Part shown: positions 1 to 10,127 of the stretch, piece after piece
Position numbering within the stretch: position 1 is the first letter of the stretch
How the letters are laid out: each line of letters starts with the position of its first letter
Source: Picochlorum sp. SENEW3
Taxonomy: Eukaryota
Assembly: GCA_034226945.1 (NCBI GenBank)
Contig: CP120454.1
Coordinates: forward strand, 744,001-808,000
Direction: 5' to 3'
Length of the DNA stretch: 64,000 bases
Made by a program: the position numbers and the translations under genes
The notes under the pieces: model-generated
What the model was told of the DNA's origin: nothing
Database searches by the model: none
What the model saw: only the letters and a program-made list of their open reading frames with translations

Positions 1-226
1 TATGAAAGGAATTCTCATGCGCACCCCATTGTCAAGAGTTGGTGACCCCTCAGAAGTTGCATCAGTGATTGATTTCCTTGGAAGTAAGGCATCAAGCTAC
101 ATGACGGGCCAAATACTGTATTGTGATGGAGGGAGAAACGCTCTCAACTATGTTGTAGATGTCTCGCAGGAAAGCCTCGAAGCGGCAACCAAAGCAGCCG
201 ATGCATTTCGAATAGGTACTACATGA
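1..226 (+). CDS. 3' end of a short-chain dehydrogenase/reductase (tropinone/glucose dehydrogenase-like), truncated by the window edge
   Basis: C-terminal SDR signature TPLSRVGDPSEVASVIDFL..SYMTGQILYCDGG. Confidence 0.85.
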   Translation, partial: MKGILMRTPLSRVGDPSEVASVIDFLGSKASSYMTGQILYCDGGRNALNYVVDVSQESLEAATKAADAFRIGTT

Positions 227-432
227 AGTGAGAAGGTGTAATGGAATACTGTACTTACACAAAATGCCATTATGTAACGTATGCATGTGATTGTCCAAAT
301 GAAAGAAAACATTCTGTGCATGCATTGATATTCTACCCGTTAAGCGCAAACCATATCATAAAATTAGCAAATAAGACTATTGTCACCAACACATCTGCAT
401 CGTAAGTCGATGCAAAACCAAAGCAGAGCCGG

Positions 433-654
433 TCAGTGCTCTGCACCAGACACACCACGAGCAGCAAAGCTACCCTTTGTTTCCACCGGTGAGTGTGCTG
501 CCACCACAGCCACGTTCTCTTGTTTGCCTTCCTCCTGCTGATCTTGGGCAACGTTGAGGGCCATCATCCCTACGCCAGAGCCAATGGCAACTCCGGCACC
601 GACAATGCCACAGAGGCCAAGCAAAGAGAGGGACACGTTCACGTACTGGTTCAT
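433..654 (-). CDS. Small (73 aa) hypothetical single-pass membrane protein
   Basis: ATG at 654. Hydrophobic Gly-rich helix LSLLGLCGIVGAGVAIGSGVGMMAL followed by a charged tail. No family recognised. Confidence 0.45.
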   Translation of the reverse strand: MNQYVNVSLSLLGLCGIVGAGVAIGSGVGMMALNVAQDQQEEGKQENVAVVAAHSPVETKGSFAARGVSGAEH

Positions 655-707
655 GCTTATATGAATCAAATAGAAATAATAGCAATGGCTTGTTGCGTAG
701 TAGTTTA

Positions 708-792
708 ATTAAAACAGTATGCGTTGGTGTTGGAGAACCTGCTGCGTCTATACCCACGCGAGGCTGATGACGAGGGTTGATACTGTTTTAAT
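708..792. repeat. Perfect 13-bp inverted repeat enclosing 59 bp
   Basis: ATTAAAACAGTAT (708-720) and ATACTGTTTTAAT (780-792). Confidence 0.8.
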
Positions 793-876
793 GTTTTATT
801 TACAGACTCAAGGGTGGTAGTATGATTCCTATGACGAGCAGCACAGTATATATGATTCGGTACTACTAGGTCATCA

Positions 877-1689
877 TCATGCTATGCTGACAAGAATACT
901 GCCCAATGTTGCGACAATCATTCCTGATACCATGGTGGCAGAGGAGGTTTGTGGCACAGTTCCATCTTCCTCTCCTTTGGTGATTCCTCCATTATCACCG
1001 GACGTTGGAGCAGGCGAGACATCTGGCGTCGTATCTGTGCTTGGCACGACTGGTGTGGTGTCTGTGGTTGGAGGGGTCAGGCCACATGTGTCAGCTGGGA
1101 GGATGGTAGACAGTGGGTCAATCAGTGCTGGACATTCTTTCTGCAACGTCTCGTAGAAGCTGGTGCACTCGGTAGTACAAATATCATCATCATTGATAGA
1201 CGAGACACATGCGTCGATCTGTGGTGTCAGCTGTGTCCAGTTGCAGCTCAATGCACCATTCACCACCTGACCAATGTCCAGGTCATCCAGCCCATCAATG
1301 CCAAGATCTCCGAGGTCAACCTCGTCCAAAATTTGACTAATATTAAGGTTCAATCCCTGAAGAAGATCTCCTAATCCTCCATCCAAGATATTTGTGAAGT
1401 TGAGCCCGAGACCGCCCAGGATATCCTGCAAGCCATCACCAAGGGTTTCAAGGGTCTCTGTGATGTTGACATTGCCCAAATCACCACTTGTCAGTCCCTC
1501 AATGATACCATCAATATCGGTAGCATTAATAAGTGCAGTAAGTTCCTCTAGCAAGGGCCCAACGAACTGTTCCAACGAGCCGAGGGGATCACTTGTAGTA
1601 TCCTGCGCCATGACGACTGGACTGTTTGACGACCCAAAGGCCACAAGAGCCAACACCAGCAGCAGCGACGAAGAAACGCGACCCTTCAT
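877..1689 (-). CDS. Secreted, probably GPI-anchored surface protein (Leu/Gly/Asp-rich region, 6-Cys domain, Thr/Pro stalk)
   Basis: Signal peptide MKGRVSSSLLLVLALVAFG, T/P-rich stalk, and C-terminal SSA plus hydrophobic tail with no cytosolic residues. Confidence 0.7.
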   Translation of the reverse strand: MKGRVSSSLLLVLALVAFGSSNSPVVMAQDTTSDPLGSLEQFVGPLLEELTALINATDIDGIIEGLTSGDLGNVNITETLETLGDGLQDILGGLGLNFTNILDGGLGDLLQGLNLNISQILDEVDLGDLGIDGLDDLDIGQVVNGALSCNWTQLTPQIDACVSSINDDDICTTECTSFYETLQKECPALIDPLSTILPADTCGLTPPTTDTTPVVPSTDTTPDVSPAPTSGDNGGITKGEEDGTVPQTSSATMVSGMIVATLGSILVSIA

Positions 1690-2210
1690 TGTTTCTAATA
1701 GACCTGAACAATACAATAACTGGATACGTCAATATACAATATGGGAAGACGTCACCGAGTCGCCATACTGTGTGCGACTCTTCACAACAAACAGGACAAC
1801 AGGAAAAGACGAAACGCGTCAACAGCCCATCAGGACACACACCAGAGTAAAGGTACCCTCTTTACGTACAGTTTGAACTATAATATCTATTAAAATGTAA
1901 AGTTGTCTTGAATAGCAAGGATCCTGGGGTGCGTTCAAAGGTTGAGTCTGAGACACGTGTTCATTTCGCAGTACCATATCGGCGGAGATATTCTGGTACT
2001 GCAAATCATGGTCGCGAGACGTCCCCTCGCCACCATGTTTATCGTCGAATACCCGCTCGACAGGAGTAAACCAATTCTATTTAAAATTAGTTTACCGAAG
2101 AAAGCGACCAAGGTACGTTGGATACACGTGGGACGTGAAACCCGAAGTCTGTGTTAACACGAGCGGATGATGTTGTCCAGAATCCTACATACAAGAGGTT
2201 TTGAAGCAAT

Positions 2211-2387
2211 ATGGCGTGTCCAGTATGCAAAGATTCATGTAAATGCGATCCAAACAACTGCCCATGTGGCAAGGACTGCACTTGCTGCGCTGCAAAGTTG
2301 GGTTGCGCTGGCTGCGAAAAGTGTAAAGACGGCTGTTCATGTGGCTCCAATTGCCAGTGTGGCCATGGGTGCTGTGGAAAGGCTTAA
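2211..2387 (+). CDS. Metallothionein (58 aa, 18 Cys), not in the ORF track
   Basis: Manual translation MACPVCKDSCKCDPNNCPCGKDCTCCAAKLGCAGCEKCKDGCSCGSNCQCGHGCCGKA. CxC/CxxC/CC motifs and no aromatic residues. TGTAA at 2478. Confidence 0.92.
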   Translation: MACPVCKDSCKCDPNNCPCGKDCTCCAAKLGCAGCEKCKDGCSCGSNCQCGHGCCGKA

Positions 2388-2956
2388 TGTCAAGATGATG
2401 ATATGAACAGTTGCTCCTCTCATCCATAGATGATGATGAGCAAGCGGTACTATGTTTGTTTTTTCCCTTTTCTACCATGTAAACATACATGTTAAGACAT
2501 ATTTTCTTACCCTTTTTTCGATGGTCGTCGAAATAATAAAATACGCCCCTCAGAGAATTTTGAGATTTAAGGAGGCCACCATCCTTTCTGTAAGTGATAA
2601 ATGTCGTGGCAATCTTGAAAGTGGTTGCAAGGCATGCATGAGATTTCTTGCATCAGTCATAATGCTCCAATTGTACCCATACTTGCCATTAATTTACATT
2701 TAATTTTACTTTTATTTCCCAGAACTGAGATAGGAGAAGATTTTCTCACCACATTGGGCATTGTCGGGTGGAAGCTGGGCATTTCGACTCGCTTCGTACG
2801 ACCAACTGTGTTCTCTTCGATAGTGGGTATATAAGAAGCATTGTACACGCGATATAGATTTATTTGATTTTTAGATATTTTTTAATCCCAACAGCTGTCG
2901 ATTTGACGCAGCAACCGTTTGGAAGTCGTCGATACAGCAGGTGGTGTACTGTCCTC

Positions 2957-3691
2957 ATGTCCGTGTTTGGAGGCCTTCTGAGGGCCAGGGAGGGCATGTT
3001 TGCCCAAGAGTTAGAGCGTCAGGCACTGATGGAGAGGTTGGAAGAGATGGTCAAGTGCGGCAAGGTGGATGCCTCGGTGTTGGAGTCTGCCAAGGGTAAA
3101 CAGTCAGGTAGTCAGTTTGGATTGCCACGGATCACAAAGAAAGATGTACAGATTTTTGAGTATATCAAGGGGGTAACTCCTGTTCCAAGGAGTATAAAGA
3201 GTGGTGAAATGCATGGGACCGGCCTTGGAACTCGGGTCAGTATGGGGAGAATGAGATGGGTTAGTGAAGGTGTCAGCATATTCTCTGTTGCGGATGGGAA
3301 GAAAATGGCCAATACGCAGCCCAAAGCACTGAACCATTATGATTCGATACGAATGAGCAAAATTCAAAAGGCTGCATTGGAAACGCCAACAGTTTTTGGC
3401 GGGCTGAGAGTGCTGCCTGAGATGACCCCAGGGAGGGCACTCATGTGGGGTACAATAGTTGCGCTTTGGGGTACGGGCGCATTGGTGGCGTCGACAGCGA
3501 AGTATTTGGAGATTGAAAGTATGCGAGATGTTCCTGGGAGGATGAAAGAGGTACTGACTCCCCTTGGGGAGGGGTTGAAATCTCGATTTTTGTATTGGTT
3601 CTCTGGGGGCATTCATGAACACAGTGGGTTGACTGATGATAGTATGGTGATGATGTTTGCGTCCAAGCTGAAAATGAGTTTCGAAAAGTAA
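2957..3691 (+). CDS. TMEM242/DUF1358-like membrane protein
   Basis: C-terminal RALMWGTIVALWGTGALVASTAKYLEIESMRD..M resembles the TMEM242 RALxWG..A..G.G..K.L...SM.D motif. Confidence 0.5.
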   Translation: MSVFGGLLRAREGMFAQELERQALMERLEEMVKCGKVDASVLESAKGKQSGSQFGLPRITKKDVQIFEYIKGVTPVPRSIKSGEMHGTGLGTRVSMGRMRWVSEGVSIFSVADGKKMANTQPKALNHYDSIRMSKIQKAALETPTVFGGLRVLPEMTPGRALMWGTIVALWGTGALVASTAKYLEIESMRDVPGRMKEVLTPLGEGLKSRFLYWFSGGIHEHSGLTDDSMVMMFASKLKMSFEK

Positions 3692-3728
3692 ACGCGTCAG
3701 ATATATCTGTACATATGTAAAGAAGAAT

Positions 3729-4961
3729 TCATGCAATGTTCACTTTTTCCAGCTCGAAAAGTAGACTTTTTCTGGATTGTGATGATGACACATCCGATGG
3801 TCTGCACTTCTCACCAACAGACACATACCGTCCTGTGCTGGAGGAACGTAAAGCAAACACATTCGCCGCCTTTGATTTCTGAATGGTCCATGATTCATTT
3901 ATAGGTCCTAATACTGTATTTCCGTTTCTGCCTTGTGACAAAAAGCTGTCAATGCATGTGGCCATGGCAACAGACTGCAGATACACAGTGCCATCACTCT
4001 TTGTGATGATTTTCCAATAGGCTGTTGTCGTTCTTGCAACCTTGGATCGATAATATAGGTTGACAGACGCATCTAAACAGTCATTTTTGAGACTAGGTGC
4101 CAAGAACATGTACTCGCACATCTCGGATACGACTTTAAGCCTGTACGTCCCCTTTGGTATTGGGTAGGTGCCCTCAGCAGGGCTTTGTGATGGCCCCGAG
4201 GCAATCTCACCCTCCAGCTGCGCATCAATCCACTTGGCGTAATTCGGAAGGTAAAGAAATCCATCTAAATCTTTAAATGAGTCGCAAGCATCGGTGCCAA
4301 ACACTACTATTGCGGCTATTTTCTCTCCGTCAGGTGTGGTAACCAAAGGGCCACCAGAATCACCATTGCATGCTCCCTTGACGTCTGACAATGTGGTCAG
4401 TAGTGATCCATTTATAAAATCGATCGTTTGTTCCACATAACGCAGCGTATTAGGGCTGTCTCCATCCATTCCGCCGATCTCAGTCTCACCAAAACCTGGT
4501 ATAGTGCCATGTTCACCAACTTTGGCCTCCTCAGCCACCTCAATGGGTGTGATCGATTCGACTGTATCACTGAGCTCTAGCATGGCAAGATCTGCACTAA
4601 ATGAGCCAACCTCACCATCCCACATCGGATGGATGATTGCTCGGCGTATCCGCCGTTGAACACATGCATCTGAGAGAGGTTCATCCTGTCGATAACATCC
4701 AATCCGGATCAAGTAGTCATCTAATGGATACTTCACCGGCTCGCCGAATATATCTTTTCCCGAAACGCAGTGGGCAGCAGTTATGACCATGTTGGTAGAT
4801 ACGAGTGCTCCCCCGCAATAGTGCTTCCCGTATCGCTTAATGCTCGCAAAATATGGAAATTGTCCAGGCTTTGCCTGCCTACCATTGAAAATTCGTCCCT
4901 CGCCATTCGCTGCTACCGTATTGGATAGCAGCATCAAAAATAGGATTCCTATATTCATCAT
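3729..4961 (-). CDS. Secreted S1A (chymotrypsin-family) serine protease with a C-terminal beta-trefoil-like domain
   Basis: Signal peptide, R|IFNG activation site, and triad motifs TAAHC, DLAML, GDSGGP. Confidence 0.92.
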   Translation of the reverse strand: MMNIGILFLMLLSNTVAANGEGRIFNGRQAKPGQFPYFASIKRYGKHYCGGALVSTNMVITAAHCVSGKDIFGEPVKYPLDDYLIRIGCYRQDEPLSDACVQRRIRRAIIHPMWDGEVGSFSADLAMLELSDTVESITPIEVAEEAKVGEHGTIPGFGETEIGGMDGDSPNTLRYVEQTIDFINGSLLTTLSDVKGACNGDSGGPLVTTPDGEKIAAIVVFGTDACDSFKDLDGFLYLPNYAKWIDAQLEGEIASGPSQSPAEGTYPIPKGTYRLKVVSEMCEYMFLAPSLKNDCLDASVNLYYRSKVARTTTAYWKIITKSDGTVYLQSVAMATCIDSFLSQGRNGNTVLGPINESWTIQKSKAANVFALRSSSTGRYVSVGEKCRPSDVSSSQSRKSLLFELEKVNIA

Positions 4962-5318
4962 CTTTTGAGTAGTCAAATCTCTGGAACAAGGCTCACGGAC
5001 TACCCCCCAAAGAACATAAAGCTCTTACGTCCCCTTTCTCGCCACACAAGAACCCACGGTATGCGGGTACCTACTTTACTGGGTCGGGACTTCAACCCAA
5101 CAGCAGTTTGCTGTTTTATTTATTTGAAATAATTTTGACTACATTTACGGAGGAAAGATCCGTTCTTATCGTGGACGTGTGGATGGAGCGATCCACAGGG
5201 CTGTTGGAATTTGCCGGCATCTGTCATTCAATGACAGACCAACATTGGTATTGTGATGCGTAGTAGACTCGACCTGGAAATGTGGAATCACAGGGAGAGC
5301 GATGACATATCTTACATA

Positions 5319-7385
5319 CTACCAATCATCATCTTCATGCATGGAATCAAGCGTATCCTCTACAGTTTTTGCTCCGTGCTTTTCATTGTACTCTTCGTAC
5401 CTGACAATCTCTGCTGGCTCGGTAGAAGCTCGCTGTGCCTTTGCTGCAACTGCAAAATCTCGTATCACTACCGGTCGGAGATCTTTCTCTCTCAGAGTTG
5501 ATACTTGTGCACCTGCATTCCTGACAGCTTCGCGTATAGGCCCTTGGCATGCCTCCTGAATGAGGTTCTTCATGTCTGAGCCAGAATATCCCCGAGTTTT
5601 TGTCACAATTTTGTCTACATCAGATTCTGACAGTTGGGCAGATATGGTTCCTCCTGGGCCCAATGTACGCAATATCATCTCTTTTCTCGCCTTTTCACAG
5701 GGAAGAGGAATATACATTTGCTTTGGCATGCGCCTTCGAGCCGCTTCATCTAATTCCTCTGGCCTATTTGTAGCGCCAACAAGCAATACTTTTCGAGTGG
5801 CAGAGGCAGGATCGCATCCCTCCATCTGAACTAAAATTTCAGTCTTCAGTCTTCTGCTCGATTCATGTTCACCTTCTGATTTTCTTGCAGATAAAAGAGA
5901 GTCAATTTCATCGATAAAAATGACAGAGGGAGCCATCCAGCCAGCAACTGCAAACAATGCTTTCACCATCTTCTCCCCATCTCCAATCCATTTAGATGTT
6001 AAAGAAGATGCCGAAATCGCGAAAAAGGATGCTTCTATATTTGATGCAATAGCCTTACCCAATAATGTTTTACCTGCACCCTCAGATGCCCAGTGTGAGG
6101 TCAGTCAACAGATCAACCCATGCAAACATTGAACACATACCTGTTCCTGGCGGTCCAAACAGCAAAATTCCTTTTGGAGGAGCCCGCGCGCCCTTGAAAA
6201 TGTCAGGATTCATCATTGGCCACACAACTACTTCTTGAATGAGTCTCTTGGCTGCCTCTTGTCCAGCAATGTCATCCCACGCGACAGCTGCACTGCTATC
6301 AATCACTTCATTACAAACCTGTTCAATCATGGCAGGGTCGATTTTAGATAACTCATCGGGAAGAGGCTCCCCGGGAGTCAACTGCAGTAAATCATATGTC
6401 CTTATACTCATTGGGCCTTCATCTTGCTCACTTTTACCCTGCGCTTTCCCAGACGAGACATCACCATTCATTCCCTGAATCGCCTTGCGCACATGTGGTG
6501 GCACAAACTTGTGCTCAGTAGAAGGTGCTGCTGCCTTCTTCTGCTGTGACCCAAACGATTTTGGAGGCTTCTTCCCTTCCTTTTGAAGATGTCTCATGTA
6601 TCCCGTTTTCGCACTTTCGAACCCAGAGGGCTTGCCATCAGCTGCACACAGGTTTTCTTTTGTGTCCTCATGTGCTTTCTGCCCATGGTTCTTCAGGGAT
6701 TGTTCCGGCACCCGTGGAGCCCATGCAGAAGTTTTCACCGCATGCTCCACAACGCGGCTTTTCTGAACACCATTCCATTGATCGCTTTGATCAGCACCAT
6801 CCATGGTTAGATCAACTGTGTGCAGCTCTTCCTGAGGATCACGCACCACAGGAGATGCATCCATCTTCTTCTCAGGAGGTCCACTCACATTCATAGAAAA
6901 ATCCGGAGCTCTCTGGATGTGTACACGCTCGCTGAACACTCGACTCCTCTCATGCCCGCCCATGATCAATGACCCATTGCCCCTCTCTTGACACCATGCC
7001 TCGGCCTTTTGAAACCGTTGCCTACAACGTTCCTTCTTCTCCGCACTCCATCTCCTACACACAAAAGCAATCAGCCAAGTAAGAGAAAAGACACGTATAA
7101 AACATGAATCAAGCAAACACACCTTTCCAGTGCTGCCTGTCGCAGCTCTAAAGCCACACGGCTGTGCTCCAACCGAGTTGGTTCAGAATGACACCATTCC
7201 ATTCCATTCCCTTGAGCCTCATCCACTCCATACTTTCCTACTATATATTTAAAATGTAATAAACGCGTGTACACCTCCTTTTCGATGGCCTCTGTCGACT
7301 GACCTTGGTCTCTGTTGGACTTCCATTTTGAAATCGCATCGTCCAAACGGAGAAAAATATCCTCAATCGCCGGAGATTGGTCCAT
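5319..7385 (-). CDS. FIGL1: Fidgetin-like AAA ATPase; introns 7055-7122 and 6074-6140
   Basis: [60 protein letters not shown] splicing restores the frame. Confidence 0.88.
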
Positions 7386-7457
7386 TATTGCTCACCAAAA
7401 TAAACAAATACATAATATAATGGATTAAATGCGAATGACACGACTGCTATGGTTCAT

Positions 7458-8249
7458 TTACCATCTCTTGACAAGCGAGATGAGGAGAGAAATGAATTCA
7501 AACGGATTGCCTCGTTTATTCTGCCTCTGTTTCAACTGCTCTTTCGCCGACAGAGTCGATTCCAACGGATCAGCAATCCACTTGGCGTATGCGCTTCTCC
7601 ATCCTATTAAAAACACCCCTGTCACTGCCATACTGATCATCACAAAGGTTGTCTCTGGGAAGTATCCACGTGCTACACTTCTCACCAGCAATCCTGCAGG
7701 GATTCCAGTCACCCACGCAGAAGCGGCTGTCTTCAATGGTGTACGAAGAGCAGATGCTCCATACCCTCCAAGGAGCGTTGATGAGCCAGCCCAACCAATA
7801 ATAAAGGGCAGCGCGGTGCCAAACGAGTCCATGACTGACAGAGCTTCACCATGGCTGACACGACCAATCGTGGCAAAAATCATCAATGCTGCGACATCTC
7901 CGCCAGCCAAAATCGCAGCATCTTTCCATCGCACCCCGGTCTCGCCTCTATCTACGTTGGCAACGCCAGCCCAAGCATCCTTGTCAAGACGCTCAACCCG
8001 TTCAAGCTTCATACCTTGCACAGGCAAGGGAGGAGGTCTATTGATTCTACGAGCCTGCTCTGATGGGACCTTTTCCTCAGATCCTTCCGTCGATGATGCA
8101 TTCTGCTCATCCGAGGCAGATGCTGCAACCCTATTGTTCGACGTGAGACGGTGTCCGACTCTGAGGACGGACAGGCTATTAGACTGGCACAGCAATCGGC
8201 CTCTCGTGCCGATGCCGCTCATGATCTGATGGGATGCTGAAGCCATCAT
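7458..8249 (-). CDS. DUF3054 family plastid membrane protein
   Basis: Transit-like N-terminus, GDVAALMIFATIGRVSHG, TALPFIIGW, and 4 TM helices. Confidence 0.8.
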   Translation of the reverse strand: MMASASHQIMSGIGTRGRLLCQSNSLSVLRVGHRLTSNNRVAASASDEQNASSTEGSEEKVPSEQARRINRPPPLPVQGMKLERVERLDKDAWAGVANVDRGETGVRWKDAAILAGGDVAALMIFATIGRVSHGEALSVMDSFGTALPFIIGWAGSSTLLGGYGASALRTPLKTAASAWVTGIPAGLLVRSVARGYFPETTFVMISMAVTGVFLIGWRSAYAKWIADPLESTLSAKEQLKQRQNKRGNPFEFISLLISLVKRW

Positions 8250-8552
8250 GGTGCTGTATTTTATTTACCACAAATTTTCAAATAGATTTTTTCATGGAGG
8301 ACGTGCCAATGGATTTTCTTTTTTGGCACGTGAACCATCCATCCATCGCTATGAAACAGTGCCCATGAAAACTGGGCTGTGATGGGTTGATATGACATTG
8401 GTGGATACCACCCATCCACCATCGACGTTGATGGGACCACTCATAGTCATCATAGAGAGAGCAAGGCAGTCATCGAGCCACGCAGAAAGACTGGCACATC
8501 TGTGTCAGGCCCGTATTGAATTACTTACTTAGATATAGTTATATAATTCAAG

Positions 8553-9578
8553 ATGCCTTCTATCGCATACTACCGTAACTGTACGTATTTGGTGCCATGG
8601 TGGGAATGGCTGCTCCATCGTCCATTCCACACGCACAGAGATGAGAGATTTCTTTCCGTCGCTGCTGGTATTGTTTTTTGATATTTAAAAAGTGTACTTG
8701 TGTTATATCTGGGCATCAACGGCAGTGAAAGAGGGGGATACCTGGGCAAACTCGGCTGCCGCCGCACCGTTCAAGAACCAACCCAGCGGCGTGGCAGGGG
8801 CCATGATCAGTCATGCTACGATGCTCATACAGTGATTTGTATTTTGTGGGGTTGAATGTGGTGTTTATTGGGGAGGGTTGGGATGCGCCTTGGCGAGACC
8901 TGATTTGGCCGCCGTGGCGATACTCGTGGTATCAAACGAGTTGCAGCAGGACGGAAAGAAATCATTGAAGTAGATGGATGTTCTATTAAATAACACTCGT
9001 CATTATTCTATCATATCTGATGTGCAGACGGAAAGACCTTCAAGAAGCCAAGGCGTCCTTTCGAGAAGGAACGTCTCGATTCTGAGTTGAAGATAGTTGG
9101 AGAATTCGGACTCCGCAATAAGCGTGAATTATGGAGAGTGCAGATGGTTCTCTCGAGGATGCGCTCTCGTGCTCGTGAGTTGCTCACTCTTGATGAGAAG
9201 GACCCACGTCGTCTTTTCGAGGGAGAGGCCCTGTTGAGAAGAATGTTCAAGTACGGATTCTTGTCCGAGGACCAGAACAAATTGGATTATGTGTTGGCTT
9301 TGACACCACAGGATGTGTTGGAGCGTCGTCTCCAGACCCTCGTCTTCAAGCTTGGATTGGCAAAGAGCATCCATCATGCCCGTGTTCTCATCCGCCAGAG
9401 ACACATTCGCGTCGGAAAGCAGATTGTAAATGTACCATCTTTCCTCGTCCAGGTCGACTCTCAGAAGCATATTGACTTTGCCTTGAACTCTCCATTCGGT
9501 GGAGGACGCCCAGGACGTGTCAAGCGTAGAAACATGGAGAGAAATGGAGGAGGTGAGGAAGAGGAGGAGGACGAGTAG
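8553..9578 (+). CDS. RPS9: 40S ribosomal protein S9 (uS4); exon 1 8553-8580, 447-nt intron 8581-9027
   Basis: Spliced [27 protein letters not shown]...LERRLQT...[19 protein letters not shown]. Confidence 0.97.
8647..8963 (+). promoter_or_regulatory. Long-range intronic RNA duplex in the RPS9 intron
   Basis: GATTTCTTTCCGTC(G)CTGCTG (8647-8667) pairs with CAGCAGGACGGAAAGAAATC (8944-8963): 20 bp with one bulge. Confidence 0.7.
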
Positions 9579-9856
9579 ATGCATCCAAGCCTTTATGAAC
9601 ATAATTATTGATATAGTAAGAATATCACACTCATATCTACATCTACATCATCATCATCATAGTTTTTTGTCTACTACTTGTCTACATTTTCTACTGTACC
9701 ATGACCAAATAATAGTACATGCTAATGTGATGGTATTTTTGTTGGCGAAACTGCATGCAAATATCACTGGTGACCCGATCCTGAATCTTTCACACATCAA
9801 ATAGGCATCTATACATTTGTTATTCTCCATATTATATATGAATATTCATAACAATC

Positions 9857-10123
9857 ATGGGCGTTGGGGCTGTTGGGGTGTTTTCAATTCTTCTTGCCGT
9901 GATTCCCTTGTGGACGTTTTCACAGATACGCAAGGGAGTATTTGATAGCATTCTTACAGTACTATTAGGTGATGGAAGTATAGATGAGTACCGCATTGTG
10001 ATTGGTGGTATCGTGGGGATTGTTTTGGTACAACTCGTGCTCTTTCTGTTTGTCTTGTATGCTTTTGTGTTGGAAAAGCACCCTTCTGCACACGGAGATG
10101 AAGCTCGTAAGAAGGATGAGTGA
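9857..10123 (+). CDS. VMA21: V-ATPase assembly factor VMA21-like
   Basis: 88 aa, two TM helices, C-terminal KKDE (KKxx) ER-retrieval signal. Confidence 0.75.
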   Translation: MGVGAVGVFSILLAVIPLWTFSQIRKGVFDSILTVLLGDGSIDEYRIVIGGIVGIVLVQLVLFLFVLYAFVLEKHPSAHGDEARKKDE

Positions 10124-10127
10124 TCCG

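Noticed and set aside
764..785. CTGATGA as a hammerhead ribozyme core or SECIS
   Set aside because: No stem II plus GAAA, and no upstream in-frame UGA selenoprotein
2167..2406. 79-aa ORF in the track
   Set aside because: Off-frame shadow of the metallothionein at 2211-2387
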